From assembly GCA_963668315.1 (NCBI GenBank), contig OY764216.1, forward strand, positions 3,584,001 through 3,648,000: a stretch of 64,000 bases of DNA, written 5' to 3'. The stretch is from Spirochaetia bacterium (GTDB taxonomy: Bacteria; Spirochaetota; Spirochaetia; DSM-2461). The notes beneath the pieces were generated by a model. The model had not been told where the DNA came from. It did no database searches and saw only the letters and a program-made list of their open reading frames with translations. Below, piece by piece: positions 40,374-51,711 of this stretch; position 1 is the first letter of the stretch, and the number at the start of each line of letters is the position of its first letter. Both the position numbers and the translations under genes were made by a program.

Positions 40374-42264
40374 CGTTTTCCTCCTCCAGCGGTATGCCCC
40401 AGGCGTACCAGACATTACGGCTCTTCAGATCCCTGACTTCTTCTTCATAAGTCCGGTCTCCGAATATACCGCCGTATATGATATCGGCGGCTTTAATGGC
40501 CCACCAGTCCCACTCTTCGTTATAAGCCTCTATCTGTGTCACCACGACAATCTGCTCCTCAGGAGGAGCATCGTAAGGGCCGAAGGAAACAAACCAGGCA
40601 TGCCAGTTGTCGTCATATCCGACTTCACCGGTACCCGTTTTTGCCGCGATATCCACCACGTCATTATAGATACCCAGACGTGCCGTTCCGTTGGAAACCA
40701 CGTAGCGCATGGCTTCTTTGGTCTTCATGAATACTTCGGGATCAATCGTCTCCGAGACGTTTCTTATCAGTTCGGGCTCGTTGTTATAGATAGTTTCCCC
40801 CGTTTCCGGATCAATGACTTTCTGAAGGATATGGGGTTTATACATTTTTCCATTGTTGACGATCATAGCGCACATATTCGCCGCCTGCAGAGGGGTGGCA
40901 TCCATAAATCCCTGACCGATGGAACTGTTAAGAGTATCTCCCAGAGTCCAGGGGGTATTGTACACGCGCTCCTTCCAGTCGGGGTTGGGATTTACCCCGG
41001 AGACCTCACCTTCAAGATCGATCCCGGAAGTCTGGCCGAAGCCGAAAAGATCATTATAGTGATAGATATTATCGATTCCCAGATAATCAACGCCCACCGT
41101 TCCGAAATAGATATTGCACGATTCAGCCAGGGCTTCTTTTAAATTCAATCTCCCGTGACCGGTCAGCTTATGGCAGTGGAAAGTACGGTTACCCAGTTCC
41201 ATGCTGCCCGTACAGTCAATAAAGGAATCCTCAGGAAAAGATTCTGTGGCCAGAATACTCAGAGTCATCATGATTTTTGAGGTTGATGCCGTTGGGTAGG
41301 CCGATTGGATGGCCCTGTTCAGAAAGGGGAAGCGCGGATTCAGGCTGAGGGCATTGAAATTGTCCGGACCGGGCTGGGTAAAAAGATTGGGATTGAACCC
41401 CGGATAGGAGGCCAAAGCGAGAATTTCCCCCGTCGCAGGTCTCATGACAACGGCCGATCCCAATCGTGGACCGATGGCTTTCTCCACAAGCTCCTGAATA
41501 TCCTTGTCTATGGTAAGCACAAGGTCGTATCCGCTTTCGGGGGGGACGATGTTGCCGTCCGAGGCCACGTTCCGCCCCTGTACATCAACGGTGTTGTACC
41601 TGATTCCATCCTTTCCCCGCAGATAGCTATCGTAGGTCTTCTCTATACCGCTCTTTCCCAGAATGGAATTATTGGTATATCCCTGGTTATACAGAATCTG
41701 AAGTTCCTCATAGTTGATCTGCCCGACATACCCCAGGACATGGGACATGCTTCCTTCGGTATTATAATACCTGTGAGGCCTGCTTTCCCAGCTGATGCCG
41801 GGATACAGCTTTTTGTTCTCTGCGATGGGAGTGATCTCATGCAGGTCAAGACCGCTGAACAATTCGATGGGCGTATAGACATTCCGCCAGTTCTGGGGGA
41901 TTTTACTGTACACCTCTTCGAGGTTTTCCCTGGGAAAGGAGATAACATCGGCCACACGGTCAATGATCTGGGCAGGGTCCTGTTCGGACAATTCAGCAGG
42001 AATAAGGTAAAGAGAAAAGGAATCGACATTCGTGACAAGGGGGGTATCATGATTTCTGTCATAGATTTTCCCCCTCTGGGACGATATCACTGTCGATCTT
42101 TGCGAGACTTCCCTGGACCTGTTGAGGTAAAGAAAGCCGTTCACGACCTGAAGGCTGAACAGCTTCCCCACGAGAATAAAGAAGATAACAAACACGAAGA
42201 TCCCAAGAGACCAGATTCTCAGTTTATTTTCCTTACCCAGATTGTCTGAACGGCCGAATCCCAT
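40363..42264 (-). CDS. mrdA: Penicillin-binding protein 2
   Basis: RGKIYDR, SxxK (STSK), SCN, KTGT. Confidence 0.93.
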   Translation of the reverse strand: MGFGRSDNLGKENKLRIWSLGIFVFVIFFILVGKLFSLQVVNGFLYLNRSREVSQRSTVISSQRGKIYDRNHDTPLVTNVDSFSLYLIPAELSEQDPAQIIDRVADVISFPRENLEEVYSKIPQNWRNVYTPIELFSGLDLHEITPIAENKKLYPGISWESRPHRYYNTEGSMSHVLGYVGQINYEELQILYNQGYTNNSILGKSGIEKTYDSYLRGKDGIRYNTVDVQGRNVASDGNIVPPESGYDLVLTIDKDIQELVEKAIGPRLGSAVVMRPATGEILALASYPGFNPNLFTQPGPDNFNALSLNPRFPFLNRAIQSAYPTASTSKIMMTLSILATESFPEDSFIDCTGSMELGNRTFHCHKLTGHGRLNLKEALAESCNIYFGTVGVDYLGIDNIYHYNDLFGFGQTSGIDLEGEVSGVNPNPDWKERVYNTPWTLGDTLNSSIGQGFMDATPLQAANMCAMIVNNGKMYKPHILQKVIDPETGETIYNNEPELIRNVSETIDPEVFMKTKEAMRYVVSNGTARLGIYNDVVDIAAKTGTGEVGYDDNWHAWFVSFGPYDAPPEEQIVVVTQIEAYNEEWDWWAIKAADIIYGGIFGDRTYEEEVRDLKSRNVWYAWGIPLEEENDAP

Positions 42265-42770
42265 TAAAGGCCCACCCTCTTTTTATGGGTGGCACTGTAG
42301 ACTCTGTTCGCCATGGCAAAAATAAGGGGGGTAATGAGCATGGTATAAGCCAGCTCAAGAAAGAAATGCCTTCCCATGAGCACAAAAGAGGTGGTTTCCA
42401 CGGAAAACACAACAATAATCAGAGAGGAAACCAGGTATTTACAGATCATGCTGATAAAAATGAAAAGGAACTGCGTCAAAATAGATTCGGTTGATACATT
42501 TTTCTGTGTCAGTCCGGAAATGAAACCGATCAGTCCATATATGATGCTGTGAAACCCAAGAGGGGCCAGACTGAGGAAGTCGACGAAAATGCCGCCGGCG
42601 AAACCGGTGATTTCCCCTTTGAGACTCCCCTCTTTCAGGGACATAAAGAGAACGATGACCAGTACAAGATCGGGAATAATGTCATAAATGGCGATAAAAG
42701 AGAGAAGAGTTGATTGAAGGAGTACGGCAAGAGCAACGATCAGAATATTTATCGAGAGAGATTTAATCAT
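42264..42770 (-). CDS. mreD: Rod shape-determining protein MreD
   Basis: Multi-TM, PDLVL, GF..G...D; position between mreC and mrdA. Confidence 0.88.
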   Translation of the reverse strand: MIKSLSINILIVALAVLLQSTLLSFIAIYDIIPDLVLVIVLFMSLKEGSLKGEITGFAGGIFVDFLSLAPLGFHSIIYGLIGFISGLTQKNVSTESILTQFLFIFISMICKYLVSSLIIVVFSVETTSFVLMGRHFFLELAYTMLITPLIFAMANRVYSATHKKRVGL

Positions 42771-43614
42771 CAGATTCCTCCACCAGGACGAACACGTATT
42801 CAATTCTGCTCATATCGATTATCGGCTCCAGCCTTAACTCCATGGACGTATCGTACTCTTCCGAAACGTAACTGACCACCCGTCCAATGAAAAGCCCCGA
42901 AGGATAAAGGGACTGCATACCCGACGTGACAACCAGCTCCCTTTCCCCAAGCTCATCCAGGGCCTTTTTGCTCACATACTTCATGACAAGATTATCGGAA
43001 TTGATGTTCGTACCGCTGACAAGCCCTTCGAGGCGGCTCTTCTGCAGGCGAGAGGAGACATAGCACTGACTGTTGGTGATGGGGATGACAATCGAGGAGT
43101 TCAAACCGGCCTCTTCCACTTTTCCGACCAGCCCGAATAGGCCGTGGTCATAGGCGACAACGGCCATATCAGGACCTATCCCGTCAATGGTCCCTTTATT
43201 AATGATAAAGGAAGAGAAGAAATTCTCCGGTTCTTTTCCAATAATCTTGGCCGAAATGTTCCGGTACTCCATCTCACGGGAAAAATCCAGCTGTTCTTTC
43301 AGAAGAGCATTTTCCGTGCGCAGACTTTCCAGTTCTCTCTCGACACCGGCATAGTTCTCCAGAAGCATCAGAGCGTCGTCGTAGTTTTCCTTAAGTTCCT
43401 TCAGTTCTCCGATGGAATTAAAGGTATCTCCCACCAGAGAAACGCTGTTGAAAACCATTTCCTGGAAGAATGAGAGAAAGGAGAGACCGTAACTTTTCGG
43501 TCTCTCCACGCTGGTCCCTTCGGATAAGCTGAGCATAATCAGGGACGATAAAAGGATAACCGTTAAAACGATACCTTTACCGTCCCCTCGTCTTCCCATT
43601 TTCAAGGCAGCCAT
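42763..43614 (-). CDS. mreC: Rod shape-determining protein MreC
   Basis: EN..LK.QL, INKG..DG, GLVGKV, VTSG...YP.G..IG. Confidence 0.93.
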   Translation of the reverse strand: MAALKMGRRGDGKGIVLTVILLSSLIMLSLSEGTSVERPKSYGLSFLSFFQEMVFNSVSLVGDTFNSIGELKELKENYDDALMLLENYAGVERELESLRTENALLKEQLDFSREMEYRNISAKIIGKEPENFFSSFIINKGTIDGIGPDMAVVAYDHGLFGLVGKVEEAGLNSSIVIPITNSQCYVSSRLQKSRLEGLVSGTNINSDNLVMKYVSKKALDELGERELVVTSGMQSLYPSGLFIGRVVSYVSEEYDTSMELRLEPIIDMSRIEYVFVLVEESDD

Positions 43615-43616
43615 AA

Positions 43617-44663
43617 TCAGTAATTATTCAGACTGTCGTAAATGGCGCTCTGCGTCTCGTTTTTCTTGGAGTATTCGTAATACATGCCGGTACCCAGAGC
43701 CACACACAAAAGAGGGTTTTCAGCAAGGATAACAGGAACACCTGTTTCTTTTGAGAGCAGCATGGGAAGGCCCTTAAGCTTGGAACCGCCGCCGGTCATG
43801 ACAATACCCCGTTCCACAATATCTGCGGCGAGTTCGGGGGGAGTCTGACCCAGCGTTTTCTTTACTTCTTCAATCACCGTATTGATCGGTTCCTGAAGGG
43901 ATTCGCGTACTTCCACGGAATCGATTTCCAGCCTGCGGGGCAATCCGGTTATCGCGTCGGTCCCTTTGATCTCCATCTTCTCGATCTTTTTGTCCGGCGC
44001 GGCGTTTCCGATTTTAATCTTCAGCTGCTCCGCCGTCTGGTCACCGATAATCAGGTTATGCACACTTCTCACATGTTTGATGACGGCCTGGTCAAAGGCG
44101 TCACCGGCCAGGCGGATCGCATTGGAAACGACCATGCCGCCCAGAGAGATAACGGAGATCTCCGTGGTACCGCCGCCGATATCGCAAACCATATGTCCGG
44201 CCGGTTCGAAAATAGGAATATCCGCGCCGATGGCGGCGGCAAGGGATTCCTCGATGATCTTGACGTCACGGGCCCCGGCCTTAAAAGCGCTCTCTTCCAC
44301 GGCCCTTCTTTCCACTTCAGTGATACAGGTGGGAACACCTATGACCATTCTGGGTTTCACGACCCATCTGCGGGGAATAACCTTGCTGATAAAATAACGG
44401 AGCATCTTCTCCGTGGTATCAAGGTCGGCGATGACACCGTCCCTCAGAGGACGTATGGCGATGATATTTCCCGGAGTCTTCCAGAGCATTTTCTTCGCTT
44501 CCTGACCGACGGCTACGACCTTTCTCGTACCCCTTTCCACGGCCACTACGGAAGGTTCGCTGCAAACTATACCTTCACCCCTGACATACACAAGAGTGTT
44601 ACAAGTTCCCAGATCGATTCCTATATCAGTTGAAATACCGCTAAACAGTCTTTTACGTGCCAT
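43617..44663 (-). CDS. mreB: Actin-like MreB
   Basis: [31 protein letters not shown]. Confidence 0.97.
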   Translation of the reverse strand: MARKRLFSGISTDIGIDLGTCNTLVYVRGEGIVCSEPSVVAVERGTRKVVAVGQEAKKMLWKTPGNIIAIRPLRDGVIADLDTTEKMLRYFISKVIPRRWVVKPRMVIGVPTCITEVERRAVEESAFKAGARDVKIIEESLAAAIGADIPIFEPAGHMVCDIGGGTTEISVISLGGMVVSNAIRLAGDAFDQAVIKHVRSVHNLIIGDQTAEQLKIKIGNAAPDKKIEKMEIKGTDAITGLPRRLEIDSVEVRESLQEPINTVIEEVKKTLGQTPPELAADIVERGIVMTGGGSKLKGLPMLLSKETGVPVILAENPLLCVALGTGMYYEYSKKNETQSAIYDSLNNY

Positions 44664-44687
44664 TAATCCTCCGCGCTTGGATGAAAA

Positions 44688-45608
44688 TCAGTTATATAAT
44701 CTCAGGAGAGCTTCCCGATAGTGGGGGTCAATCCGTTCTGTTCGATGCCATTCCTGCCTGGCAGATCCTTCATCGCCCATATAAAAGTACACTTCACCCA
44801 GCATAAAATGTACATCGGCATTATTATAGTCAATATCAAGATATTGGGAAAGAACTTTTTGCGCTTCCGGCCAATTTTTTATATTAAAAAACAACTCGCC
44901 CAGTTTAAGCAGGGCTTCCAGCCTGACCGGTTCATTTTTTGCCAGATCCACGGCTCTCTGCAGAAAATCCCGGGACAGCTCGTACTGCCCCATATTGAAG
45001 GCATCTTCACCCATTCGCAGAAAAAGCGAAGCGGTAGGCGTTTTTTCCGCCATTCCCGTCAGATATTCCAGACTTTTGGTAAACTGCCCCATCCGGGAAT
45101 AGGCGATAGCCAGATATTCATCCATATCGCTGTTCTCATACCCGAGCTGACGGGCCTTAAGAAGATATTCAACGGCAAGATCGGAGTAATAGGCCCCCGA
45201 TTGAACATAGCATTTACCCAATAGATAATAGGTCTCTTTCAGATAGAGAAGACCGGGCGAAAGCATATGCAGCCTGAGAGAGGTAATGGCCCGCTGGAGA
45301 TATTCGATCTTATCCTCCATGGAAACCATGGACATGGCCATATAAAAAGAGGAAGCCCCGTTAAAAAAGAGAGCTTCCTCATCAAAGGGATTCTCCTGGA
45401 GGCGTAATTCCGTCTGATAAAGGATTTCGGGATAATTGGTATCACCCCAAAGGACGGATAGTTCCTGCGCGGAATCGTTGCGCGCTATGCTGTTTCTGAA
45501 ACTTGAAAATCCCCGTATGACACCGAAAGCGACGATTACAGTCGTTAATACGAGAATGAGGAGGGGAAATAGATTAAATGCAGATCGTCGATTGTTAAGT
45601 CTAGGCAT
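44688..45608 (-). CDS. Membrane-anchored tetratricopeptide repeat protein
   Basis: N-terminal TM plus repeated TPR-like helices; start moved to ATG 45608 because the longer ORF overlaps rnpB. Confidence 0.8.
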   Translation of the reverse strand: MPRLNNRRSAFNLFPLLILVLTTVIVAFGVIRGFSSFRNSIARNDSAQELSVLWGDTNYPEILYQTELRLQENPFDEEALFFNGASSFYMAMSMVSMEDKIEYLQRAITSLRLHMLSPGLLYLKETYYLLGKCYVQSGAYYSDLAVEYLLKARQLGYENSDMDEYLAIAYSRMGQFTKSLEYLTGMAEKTPTASLFLRMGEDAFNMGQYELSRDFLQRAVDLAKNEPVRLEALLKLGELFFNIKNWPEAQKVLSQYLDIDYNNADVHFMLGEVYFYMGDEGSARQEWHRTERIDPHYREALLRLYN

Positions 45609-45624
45609 AATCTTAAGAAAAAAA

Positions 45625-45954
45625 AGACAGGCTATAAGCCGGGTTCTGTTATCGACTACCATCTATCTGGATCGATCCTTACGGAAAGACTCCAGCAGTC
45701 CACCCGCAGGGTTAAGGCCGGAACAGCCCCCTGCTGCTTGACTTTGCTCCCGGTGAGGTTTACCTTGCGGCGGACATTGCTGCCCGCCCGGTGAGCTCTT
45801 ACCCCGCCATTTCACCCTTACCCCGAAAACGGGGCGGTATATTTTCTGCGGCACTTTCTGTCAGCACTGTATGCTGCCCGGGCGTTACCCGGCACCGTTT
45901 CCTATGGAGCCCGGACTTTCCTCCCGGCAAAGCCGGGCGGTAGTCAGCCTGTCT
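45625..45954 (-). ncRNA. rnpB: RNase P RNA, bacterial type A
   Basis: GAGGAAAGTCCGGGCTCC, AGGGTGAAA, GGTAAAC, ACAGAACCCGGCTTA; P1 ends AGACAGGCT/AGCCTGTCT pair. Confidence 0.97.
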
Positions 45955-45961
45955 AAATTTT

Positions 45962-46771
45962 TTAATCCAATTCGATCCCGAGATCTCCGGCGAGGTCGGA
46001 AAGACCTCCCACGTCTTCTCCCAGATCGGGCTGCTCCCCTTCACCGGGGGCCAGTGCTTCATCGGTTTCCTCATAAAAGAGGATACGGCTGCAGTAAGGG
46101 CAGAAGAGAACATCATTCTCCTCTCTTACGTCATTGACGAACTGGGCGGGAAGTATCATGTTGCAACCCGTACAGACGCCGTTTTTCACAGGAACAAGAC
46201 CAAGGCCGGCCTTATTGCTGATAATTCTCTCAAACTTGAAGACGATTTCCGAATCGATATCGGGAACGATGGCGCTCTCTTCTTCATCAACGAGCCTTTT
46301 CAGCTCCTTTTCGCGCTCCTCCGTCTCCTGTTCGACACGAACCTGTTCCTCCGTGAGCTCGGCTTCCTGAAGCTGGATGAGTTTTTCCTCTCTCTCCATG
46401 GACTCCTTGAGCTCCTCAAGAACAGCTTCCTCCCTCTGGATATCCTTTCTCAGGGACTGCTCTTTTTCAGCGGCATCACGAATCTCCGTATCAAGGGCTT
46501 CATACTCCCTCTGAGTGGTGATGCTGTCCATCTTCTTTTCAGAACTCTCGCGAAGGATTTCGGCTTCTGCCATCAGATGGCGCAGATGGGCAATCTTCTG
46601 CTGGCCCGCTTCATAGGTATCGTTCTTCTCTATATAGGACTGTTTGAGACGCTTGAGCATCTCCGATTTGGTAGAGAGAGCTCTGGGGATCTCCTCGATC
46701 TCTTTTTTGATTTCGAATTTCCTCGATAGCACCGTCTGCAACTGCTGCAACTTCTCAAAAATTTCCTGCAT
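45962..46771 (-). CDS. C4-type zinc ribbon coiled-coil protein (DUF164)
   Basis: Long coiled coil, REY..L..EI, CTGC...CPYCSRIL. Confidence 0.9.
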   Translation of the reverse strand: MQEIFEKLQQLQTVLSRKFEIKKEIEEIPRALSTKSEMLKRLKQSYIEKNDTYEAGQQKIAHLRHLMAEAEILRESSEKKMDSITTQREYEALDTEIRDAAEKEQSLRKDIQREEAVLEELKESMEREEKLIQLQEAELTEEQVRVEQETEEREKELKRLVDEEESAIVPDIDSEIVFKFERIISNKAGLGLVPVKNGVCTGCNMILPAQFVNDVREENDVLFCPYCSRILFYEETDEALAPGEGEQPDLGEDVGGLSDLAGDLGIELD

Positions 46772-46785
46772 TTTCTCCGTCCTGT

Positions 46786-48744
46786 TTAGTTTTCCAAATA
46801 ATCCTTAAGTCGTCTGCTCCGCTTGGGGTGGCGCAGTCTTCTTAATGCCTTTGCTTCAATCTGCCTGATACGTTCCCTGGTTACGTTAAAATACAATCCC
46901 ACTTCTTCCAAAGTCAAGGAGTATCCGTCCTCAAGTCCGAAACGCATTTTCAAAACTTCCTGTTCCCTGGGGGGAAGAGTCGCCAATACGTCCTGCAGCT
47001 GTTCCTGTAATATCTTAAACGCGGTCTGATTAGCCGGGTTTTCCACATCCTTATCTTCGATGAAGTCTCCCAGCAACGAGTCTTCTTCCTCACCGATAGG
47101 CGTTTCCAGCGAAATAGGTTCACGGGCGACATTCTTAACGGACTTGACCCGGGAAACGGTCCAGCCCAGCTTCTCCGCGATCTCCTCGTCGGTAGGCTCC
47201 CGACCCATGACCTGCATGAGCTGGCGGGACTCCCTGACGACTTTGTTGATCTGCTCAATCATATGAACGGGAACACGGATCGTCCTGGCCTGATCGGATA
47301 TGGATCGGGTAATCGCCTGCCGTATCCACCAGGTGGCGTAGGTGGAAAATTTATACCCCTTGCGGTATTCAAACTTTTCCACGGCCTTGATCAGACCGAT
47401 ATTTCCTTCCTGTACCAGATCGAAGAAATGGAGGCCCCGGTTGGTGTATTTTTTCGCGATACTGACGACGAGCCTCAGGTTGGCCTTGATCAGCCTGTCC
47501 TTGGCATTCTTCATCATGATTCTGCCGTGGCTGATTTCATCGGCCATGGAAAGGATTTTATCAATACTGTTTTCGAAGGAGAGCTCGAGCTCATGGAGTT
47601 TCTTCTCCATAACCTGAACTTCCCGAATCTTTTCCTTTATCTCGTCGGCGGTCAATCCGATGCGGCTCTCTATGCTCTGCCTTTCATCTTTAACGGCCAG
47701 CCCTCGGCCAAGGGCGCGGAGCTCTCTCATGTTCCGTACACCGAGCTTCCGCTCGATATGAAACTGTTTGCTCTGAAAGGCCTTGATCTTCTCCACGGCG
47801 CTGATGAACTTTTCCGAGAAGCGGAGAATCTCTTCCTGATGAATATCTATATCTTCGATCTGCTTCAGAAGGCCTTCCCTCTTTTTATGAAGCTTCTCAT
47901 CGGTAATGACATCCCCATCGGTGGCGGCGATTTTCTCTTTCAGTTCGATATACAGTTTCAGCTGAGGATAGATGGCCTTCAAAGGCTCCCGGTAAAACTG
48001 ATTCAGGCGGCGTTTCTCTGCCAGAAAATCGGAGATTTCCTTTTTGGAAAAATTCATTTCGCCGGGATCTTTACGGGAAAAAGCTTTCTGAGCGAGGGAA
48101 TAGAACTCGGGGATTATCATACCCGATGTCCTGAGGATATTCTTGATGATATTTTCCCCTTCCTCCATCTGCTGAGAAAGTTCGACTTCCTGTTCCGCGC
48201 TGAGAAGGTTCTCCTTGCCGATCTCCCTCAGATAAAGCCGTATGGGATCATCGATGAGAGCTTCCTTGTCGGAGTAAACGAGCTTACCCGAGTCACCCCT
48301 TGAATCTTCATCTTCCTGCTCCTGCTCGGTAGCCATATCGTCGATATCGAGCTCATCCTCGTCGATGATGTCCTCTTCCTCGACGGACATGGACATTTCG
48401 CCCTCGTCATCAACGCTCTTTTCCACGCCGATGCCGGCATCGGGAACGACGGGAAGATCATTATTCATATCGTCAAGTTCATCGTCGATTTCCTCATCCA
48501 CGTCTTCCTTTTCCGATTCGTCTTCCAGTTCCACGCCCTCGGGTATATTATCGAAAACATCACCGCCGTCAACAATCTTGACGCCCTTCTCTTCAAGCAG
48601 GGCCAGTATATCTTCGATCTTATCCGAGTTCACTATCTCTTCGGGAAGCCAGTCATTGACTTCCTCATAGGTTAATTTTCTTTTTTGCTGGGCATATTTA
48701 AATAGCTTTTCTATTTCAGGGTCGGACAGCAATTCTTCACTCAT
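46786..48744 (-). CDS. rpoD: Primary sigma factor RpoD
   Basis: [56 protein letters not shown]. Confidence 0.98.
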   Translation of the reverse strand: MSEELLSDPEIEKLFKYAQQKRKLTYEEVNDWLPEEIVNSDKIEDILALLEEKGVKIVDGGDVFDNIPEGVELEDESEKEDVDEEIDDELDDMNNDLPVVPDAGIGVEKSVDDEGEMSMSVEEEDIIDEDELDIDDMATEQEQEDEDSRGDSGKLVYSDKEALIDDPIRLYLREIGKENLLSAEQEVELSQQMEEGENIIKNILRTSGMIIPEFYSLAQKAFSRKDPGEMNFSKKEISDFLAEKRRLNQFYREPLKAIYPQLKLYIELKEKIAATDGDVITDEKLHKKREGLLKQIEDIDIHQEEILRFSEKFISAVEKIKAFQSKQFHIERKLGVRNMRELRALGRGLAVKDERQSIESRIGLTADEIKEKIREVQVMEKKLHELELSFENSIDKILSMADEISHGRIMMKNAKDRLIKANLRLVVSIAKKYTNRGLHFFDLVQEGNIGLIKAVEKFEYRKGYKFSTYATWWIRQAITRSISDQARTIRVPVHMIEQINKVVRESRQLMQVMGREPTDEEIAEKLGWTVSRVKSVKNVAREPISLETPIGEEEDSLLGDFIEDKDVENPANQTAFKILQEQLQDVLATLPPREQEVLKMRFGLEDGYSLTLEEVGLYFNVTRERIRQIEAKALRRLRHPKRSRRLKDYLEN

Positions 48745-48746
48745 TC

Positions 48747-50495
48747 CTACAACACCTTAATATTCTGTATTTCCCGATCGATGCGCATCTTCTCGTTGAG
48801 AAGCTCCGCCTCAATCCTATCGTCATTCTTTCCGTTTTTATTTAAAAGAGCCGTTATCTCACGGCTGCGCAATTCGAGATTACGCAATTTGATGATTCTC
48901 AATCCTCTTTCCAGAGCTGACGATACATTGAGTTTCATCTCATCCTTATTTATCCAGTCTTTATAAAACAACAAAGGCTCGCCTTCGTCGAGCATTGAGA
49001 AAAAATCATCAGAATCCCGGGGAATCGTTTGTAAATTTTCCATCATTTCCCATAGTTTGACGGCTCGTTTATCCCTCAGTTCACTGCTATGCATTTTTTC
49101 CTTAAGTCCAGAAACACAAGATGGATTAGCTATTGCCATTAAGACCAGGTATAGTTCATCGCTCATTTTCTCGGTCTCTACCTGCCGAGTTTGCCGTTTT
49201 ATAACGACGGGAGCGGTACCATTTTCATACTCCAGAATAACGGTACGCCTATCCAATTCCAATGCATCTGCCATACTTTCCAAGTATGCCTGTCTTTTCA
49301 CCTCTGACTTGACAGCCCTTAAATAGGGAGTTAATTCTTTTACTACAGTAGACTTACCCTCCGGCGTATTTGCGTCATTAATCCTAATTGTACATTTTAA
49401 CAAAAAATCGAATATTATGATAGAGTTGTGGACCAATTTTTTCAAATAATCCCCGCCCCTCTTCTGCAGAATATCGGAGGGATCCTCCCCTTCGGGCAGC
49501 AGCCCCGCCTTGAGTTCAATATCCAGACTCTCACAGAGAAGGGCGGCCTTTTTCGTGGCCTCGAATCCCGCCTTATCGCCATCGAAGAGCATGACGCCCC
49601 TGTCGCAGTACCGTTTGAGCATTTTCATCTGGTCTTCGGTCAGAGCGGTCCCCAGAGGGGCCACGCAGTTGCGGCATCCCGCCTGATAGAGAGCCAGAAC
49701 ATCCACATTTCCTTCGCAGAGAACAAAGGATTTCTCCTCCCTTATATAGGGCAGCGTTTTTCCGATTCCGAAAAGGAGCTTTCCCTTCTTAAAAAGCGGA
49801 GTCTCGGGGGAATTGATATATTTCGGTCCCTCTCCATTCAGAAGGCGGGCGCTATAGGCCACGGAACTGCCGTCAAGGGCGAAGATCGGAAAGACAAGTC
49901 TGTCACGGAACAGAGGGTAGGCTTTTCTTCTGCGTGAAAAAAGCCCGCTCTCTTCCAGAAAGGGAGCGGTGTAGTTCTTGCCCAGAAGAAAACCGTAAAG
50001 CCACCGGGAATCGGCCGGGGCATAGCCCAGCTGAAAGGTCCTGACCGTTTCTTCGCTGATTCCCCGCTGATAGATGTAATCAAGGGCGAGTCTGCCCTGC
50101 TCCGTTTCCATGAGAAAATAGGAAAAAGTTCCGGTCAGACGATTATACAGTTCGGACATGGCATTTTTACGGAGCTTCTGCTCCTGGTTTTTACCGGCCG
50201 GCTCCTTGCTCCTGTTAAGGGTGACCCCGGCTTTCTGAGCCGCCTTCTCCAGAGCTTCAGGAAATGTCAGCTTCTCGTATTCCATGATGAAATTGAAAAT
50301 ATCGCCGCCCTTATGGCAACCGAAGCAGTAATAATAGGCCCGATCGGGATCAACGGAAAAAGAGGGAGTTTTCTCCTTGTGAAAAGGACAGCACCCCATA
50401 TAACGTCCGCTTCTGTTCTGAAGCTGAACATACTGGCCGATATACTCCACCAGGTTAATCTTCTCTTTGATCTCTTCCGTCTGATTCTCGGCCAA
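48747..50495 (-). CDS. dnaG: DNA primase
   Basis: [39 protein letters not shown]. Confidence 0.96.
   Translation of the reverse strand: MAENQTEEIKEKINLVEYIGQYVQLQNRSGRYMGCCPFHKEKTPSFSVDPDRAYYYCFGCHKGGDIFNFIMEYEKLTFPEALEKAAQKAGVTLNRSKEPAGKNQEQKLRKNAMSELYNRLTGTFSYFLMETEQGRLALDYIYQRGISEETVRTFQLGYAPADSRWLYGFLLGKNYTAPFLEESGLFSRRRKAYPLFRDRLVFPIFALDGSSVAYSARLLNGEGPKYINSPETPLFKKGKLLFGIGKTLPYIREEKSFVLCEGNVDVLALYQAGCRNCVAPLGTALTEDQMKMLKRYCDRGVMLFDGDKAGFEATKKAALLCESLDIELKAGLLPEGEDPSDILQKRGGDYLKKLVHNSIIIFDFLLKCTIRINDANTPEGKSTVVKELTPYLRAVKSEVKRQAYLESMADALELDRRTVILEYENGTAPVVIKRQTRQVETEKMSDELYLVLMAIANPSCVSGLKEKMHSSELRDKRAVKLWEMMENLQTIPRDSDDFFSMLDEGEPLLFYKDWINKDEMKLNVSSALERGLRIIKLRNLELRSREITALLNKNGKNDDRIEAELLNEKMRIDREIQNIKVL
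49417..49445 (-). promoter_or_regulatory. Candidate internal promoter TTGAAA-17-TATCAT within dnaG, pointing at rpoD
   Basis: Boxes at 49445-49440 and 49422-49417, at a GC-to-AT compositional step. Confidence 0.45.
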
Positions 50496-50498
50496 ACC

Positions 50499-51539
50499 CT
50501 ATTTGCTCCTGAAACTCTCGAGGTAGGACCCCTTGTTATTGAGAAAATCCCCGTAACTGGCGGAAAAATTATGACTTCCTGCGGCACTGTCCTTCACAAC
50601 AAAGAATACATAATTGGTTCTAGCCGGATGAAAGGCCGCATCCAGCGCCGTATAGCCGGGATTGGCGATCGCCCCGGGGGGAAGGCCCTCTGCATAGTAC
50701 GTGTTGTAGGGGCTGGCAATTTCCAGATCGCGGTAATAAAGTCTTTCCGGATGGGCTTTCCCCTGAATCTCCGTCATGACGTATACCACGGTCGCGCAGG
50801 ACTGAAGATGGGGAAATTCGGGACTGTCCAGCCGATTATAGAACACCGAAGCGATCAGAGGCGCTTCCCCATCAAGGCGGTACTCCTTTTCCACGATGGA
50901 AGCCATGACGATTTTCTCCCTTAGCTGCTTATCGGTCAGATCCTTCCAGTCGGGGTAGATGCGGTCCAGCTGCTCCTTGAAATTGTCAACCATGGCGCCG
51001 GCCACATTCTCGGCCGATTCCCCATAAACAAAGCGGTAGGTATCGGGGAAAAGGTACCCTTCCAGGCTGTCAGAGGAAAATCCGAGACCGGCAATAAAAT
51101 CCTTATCATGAGCCACATCCAGAAAATCCTCACCGGAACAGACCCCCACATCCTCAAGCCTTTCGGCAATTTTCGAGAGAGTCCAGCCTTCGGGCACGGT
51201 GATGCTGATGAGATTCTGCTGGCCCGAGACCAGCTTCCGGTAAATTTCCGAACCGGTCATTCCCGGCGTAAGGGTATAGGAACCGGTGGGAACGGTATTC
51301 CCCCTTCCCCGAACTTCATGATAGAGGCGGAACACATAATAGGACCTGAGAACTCCGTCCCTTTCCAGCTTGAGGCCTATGGAAGACACGGTCATCCCCG
51401 GTTCAATCAAAATATCATAATCCTCGGTCCAGGCCTGAGGGGCTTCATTTCTGCTGATGCAATAGTACCCTCCCGATCCGGCGGCGGCAAGCAGCACCAG
51501 AACAAGCAGGGCGAGCAGCACTTTAATTTTCTTTGCCAA
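50499..51539 (-). CDS. mltG: Endolytic transglycosylase MltG
   Basis: TVPEG, LEGYLFPDTY, ASIVEKE, SPYNTY, GLPPG.I.NPG. Confidence 0.95.
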   Translation of the reverse strand: MAKKIKVLLALLVLVLLAAAGSGGYYCISRNEAPQAWTEDYDILIEPGMTVSSIGLKLERDGVLRSYYVFRLYHEVRGRGNTVPTGSYTLTPGMTGSEIYRKLVSGQQNLISITVPEGWTLSKIAERLEDVGVCSGEDFLDVAHDKDFIAGLGFSSDSLEGYLFPDTYRFVYGESAENVAGAMVDNFKEQLDRIYPDWKDLTDKQLREKIVMASIVEKEYRLDGEAPLIASVFYNRLDSPEFPHLQSCATVVYVMTEIQGKAHPERLYYRDLEIASPYNTYYAEGLPPGAIANPGYTALDAAFHPARTNYVFFVVKDSAAGSHNFSASYGDFLNNKGSYLESFRSK

Positions 51540-51711
51540 GAGTCAGTTCCTTCATTTTTTCTATACTGTATTGACTGAATAAGTCTTTTTCCATTTCATC
51601 CATAAGCATAACCAGTTCATGGTCAAGCGAATCTTCCGACCGGAAAAGGAAGGAATAGAGCTTTTCAGCCGTAACCCTGTCCATATTCAGGGAGAGTTTT
51701 TCATAATTCAA
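51523..51711 (-). CDS. Small hypothetical protein (about 62 aa)
   Basis: TTG at 51711 preceded by GGAGG; overlaps both neighbours. Confidence 0.6.
   Translation of the reverse strand: MNYEKLSLNMDRVTAEKLYSFLFRSEDSLDHELVMLMDEMEKDLFSQYSIEKMKELTLGKEN

Noticed and set aside
45436..46137. Short ORFs across 45.4-46.1 kb
   Set aside because: They overlap the RNase P RNA and its flanking genes.
47263..48303. 346-aa plus-strand ORF
   Set aside because: Typical antisense frame of rpoD.
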